Source of the DNA: Candidatus Cloacimonadales bacterium
GTDB taxonomy: Bacteria; Cloacimonadota; Cloacimonadia; Cloacimonadales; DAONDQ01
Assembly: GCA_963662275.1 (NCBI GenBank)
Contig: OY759316.1
Location: 3,072,001 to 3,136,000, forward strand
DNA length: 64,000 nt
Reading direction: 5' to 3'
Part shown: in pieces, positions 63,462 to 64,000 of the stretch
How the letters are laid out: each line of letters opens with the position of its first letter
How positions within the stretch are numbered: position 1 is the stretch's first letter
Program-made: the position numbers and the translations under genes
Notes under the pieces: model-generated
Told to the model about the DNA's origin: nothing
The model's input: only the letters and a program-made list of their open reading frames with translations
Database searches by the model: none

Positions 63462-64000
63462 TCACATCCCCCCGTTTTTCAAACCAGGTATTTTTAGCTG
63501 CTGATTATCCAGCCATTTTCCTGCAAAAGGATTGAGCCTGTACCTTGTCACGGTGGCAAAACACATCTCTATCAGCATTGACAGACGATAATACACAAAG
63601 TCATATATCTGCTTCCACTGTTTATTTGAGTATTTCATAAGATTTGGGAAGGCATCTAAAAATACGCCAGCATACTTTTTCAGAGAATACAGGTAGCACA
63701 TAGCTAGCAGAAGCAGCTGGTTCATGTTTTTCAGACGGGTATATGATTTCAGTTGTATCTTTTCCCAACCATATTCCTGCTTGATATGGCGATGGACCTC
63801 TTCGATTTTCCAGCGTATGCGATACATCCGCAAAACCTTCTCCATGATAGCATTTTCCGTCAGATAAGGTTGTGTCGGAAAGTCGCAGATGAAATAGAAA
63901 TATCCCTGTCTGCCACTAGCATCGGGACTGAACTGTGCAACAATAAGCCAGGCATCTGTAGTATCAGGGTATTTTACAGGGTAAGGATTCAAACGCAGCT
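63462..64000 (-). CDS. IS4-like DDE transposase C-terminus, truncated by the window edge
   Basis: YRIRWKIEEVHRHIKQ is a YREK-type signature. The frame is open to the window end. Confidence 0.8.
   Translation of the reverse strand, partial: LRLNPYPVKYPDTTDAWLIVAQFSPDASGRQGYFYFICDFPTQPYLTENAIMEKVLRMYRIRWKIEEVHRHIKQEYGWEKIQLKSYTRLKNMNQLLLLAMCYLYSLKKYAGVFLDAFPNLMKYSNKQWKQIYDFVYYRLSMLIEMCFATVTRYRLNPFAGKWLDNQQLKIPGLKNGGM

Overview
This is a 64 kb low-GC bacterial chromosome segment. Secreted proteins with FlgD-Ig/T9SS-like C-terminal domains suggest a Cloacimonadota-like anaerobe; this is an inference, not a database result. From left to right the window holds: a DDE IS with intact ends; a sigma54 two-component pair divergent from an operon of gdh, two PEP/pyruvate-binding-domain proteins (one fused to a nucleotidyltransferase) and a metallophosphoesterase; and a large repeat surface protein. 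Next is a type III-D CRISPR-Cas locus (HD-less Cas10, Csx1-like CARF-HEPN, a TM plus receiver-like protein, Cas6-RT-Cas1, Cas2) between two arrays with different but co-varying repeats. After it come housekeeping and secreted-protein genes, a group IIC intron behind the gdhA terminator, pit/DUF47, and an rRNA operon whose 23S carries a ~224 bp intervening sequence. The window ends in a defence/IS island (hsdR, fic, ImmA-DUF4411 broken by IS21, IS1182, IS4-like). The most unusual signal lies at the trailer ends of both arrays: a modular region of isolated CRISPR repeat cores, ~43 bp heptamer-repeat cassettes and single-spacer mini-arrays, including one site seen both empty and spacer-filled. 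All coordinates were read by eye, and RNA gene ends are approximate.
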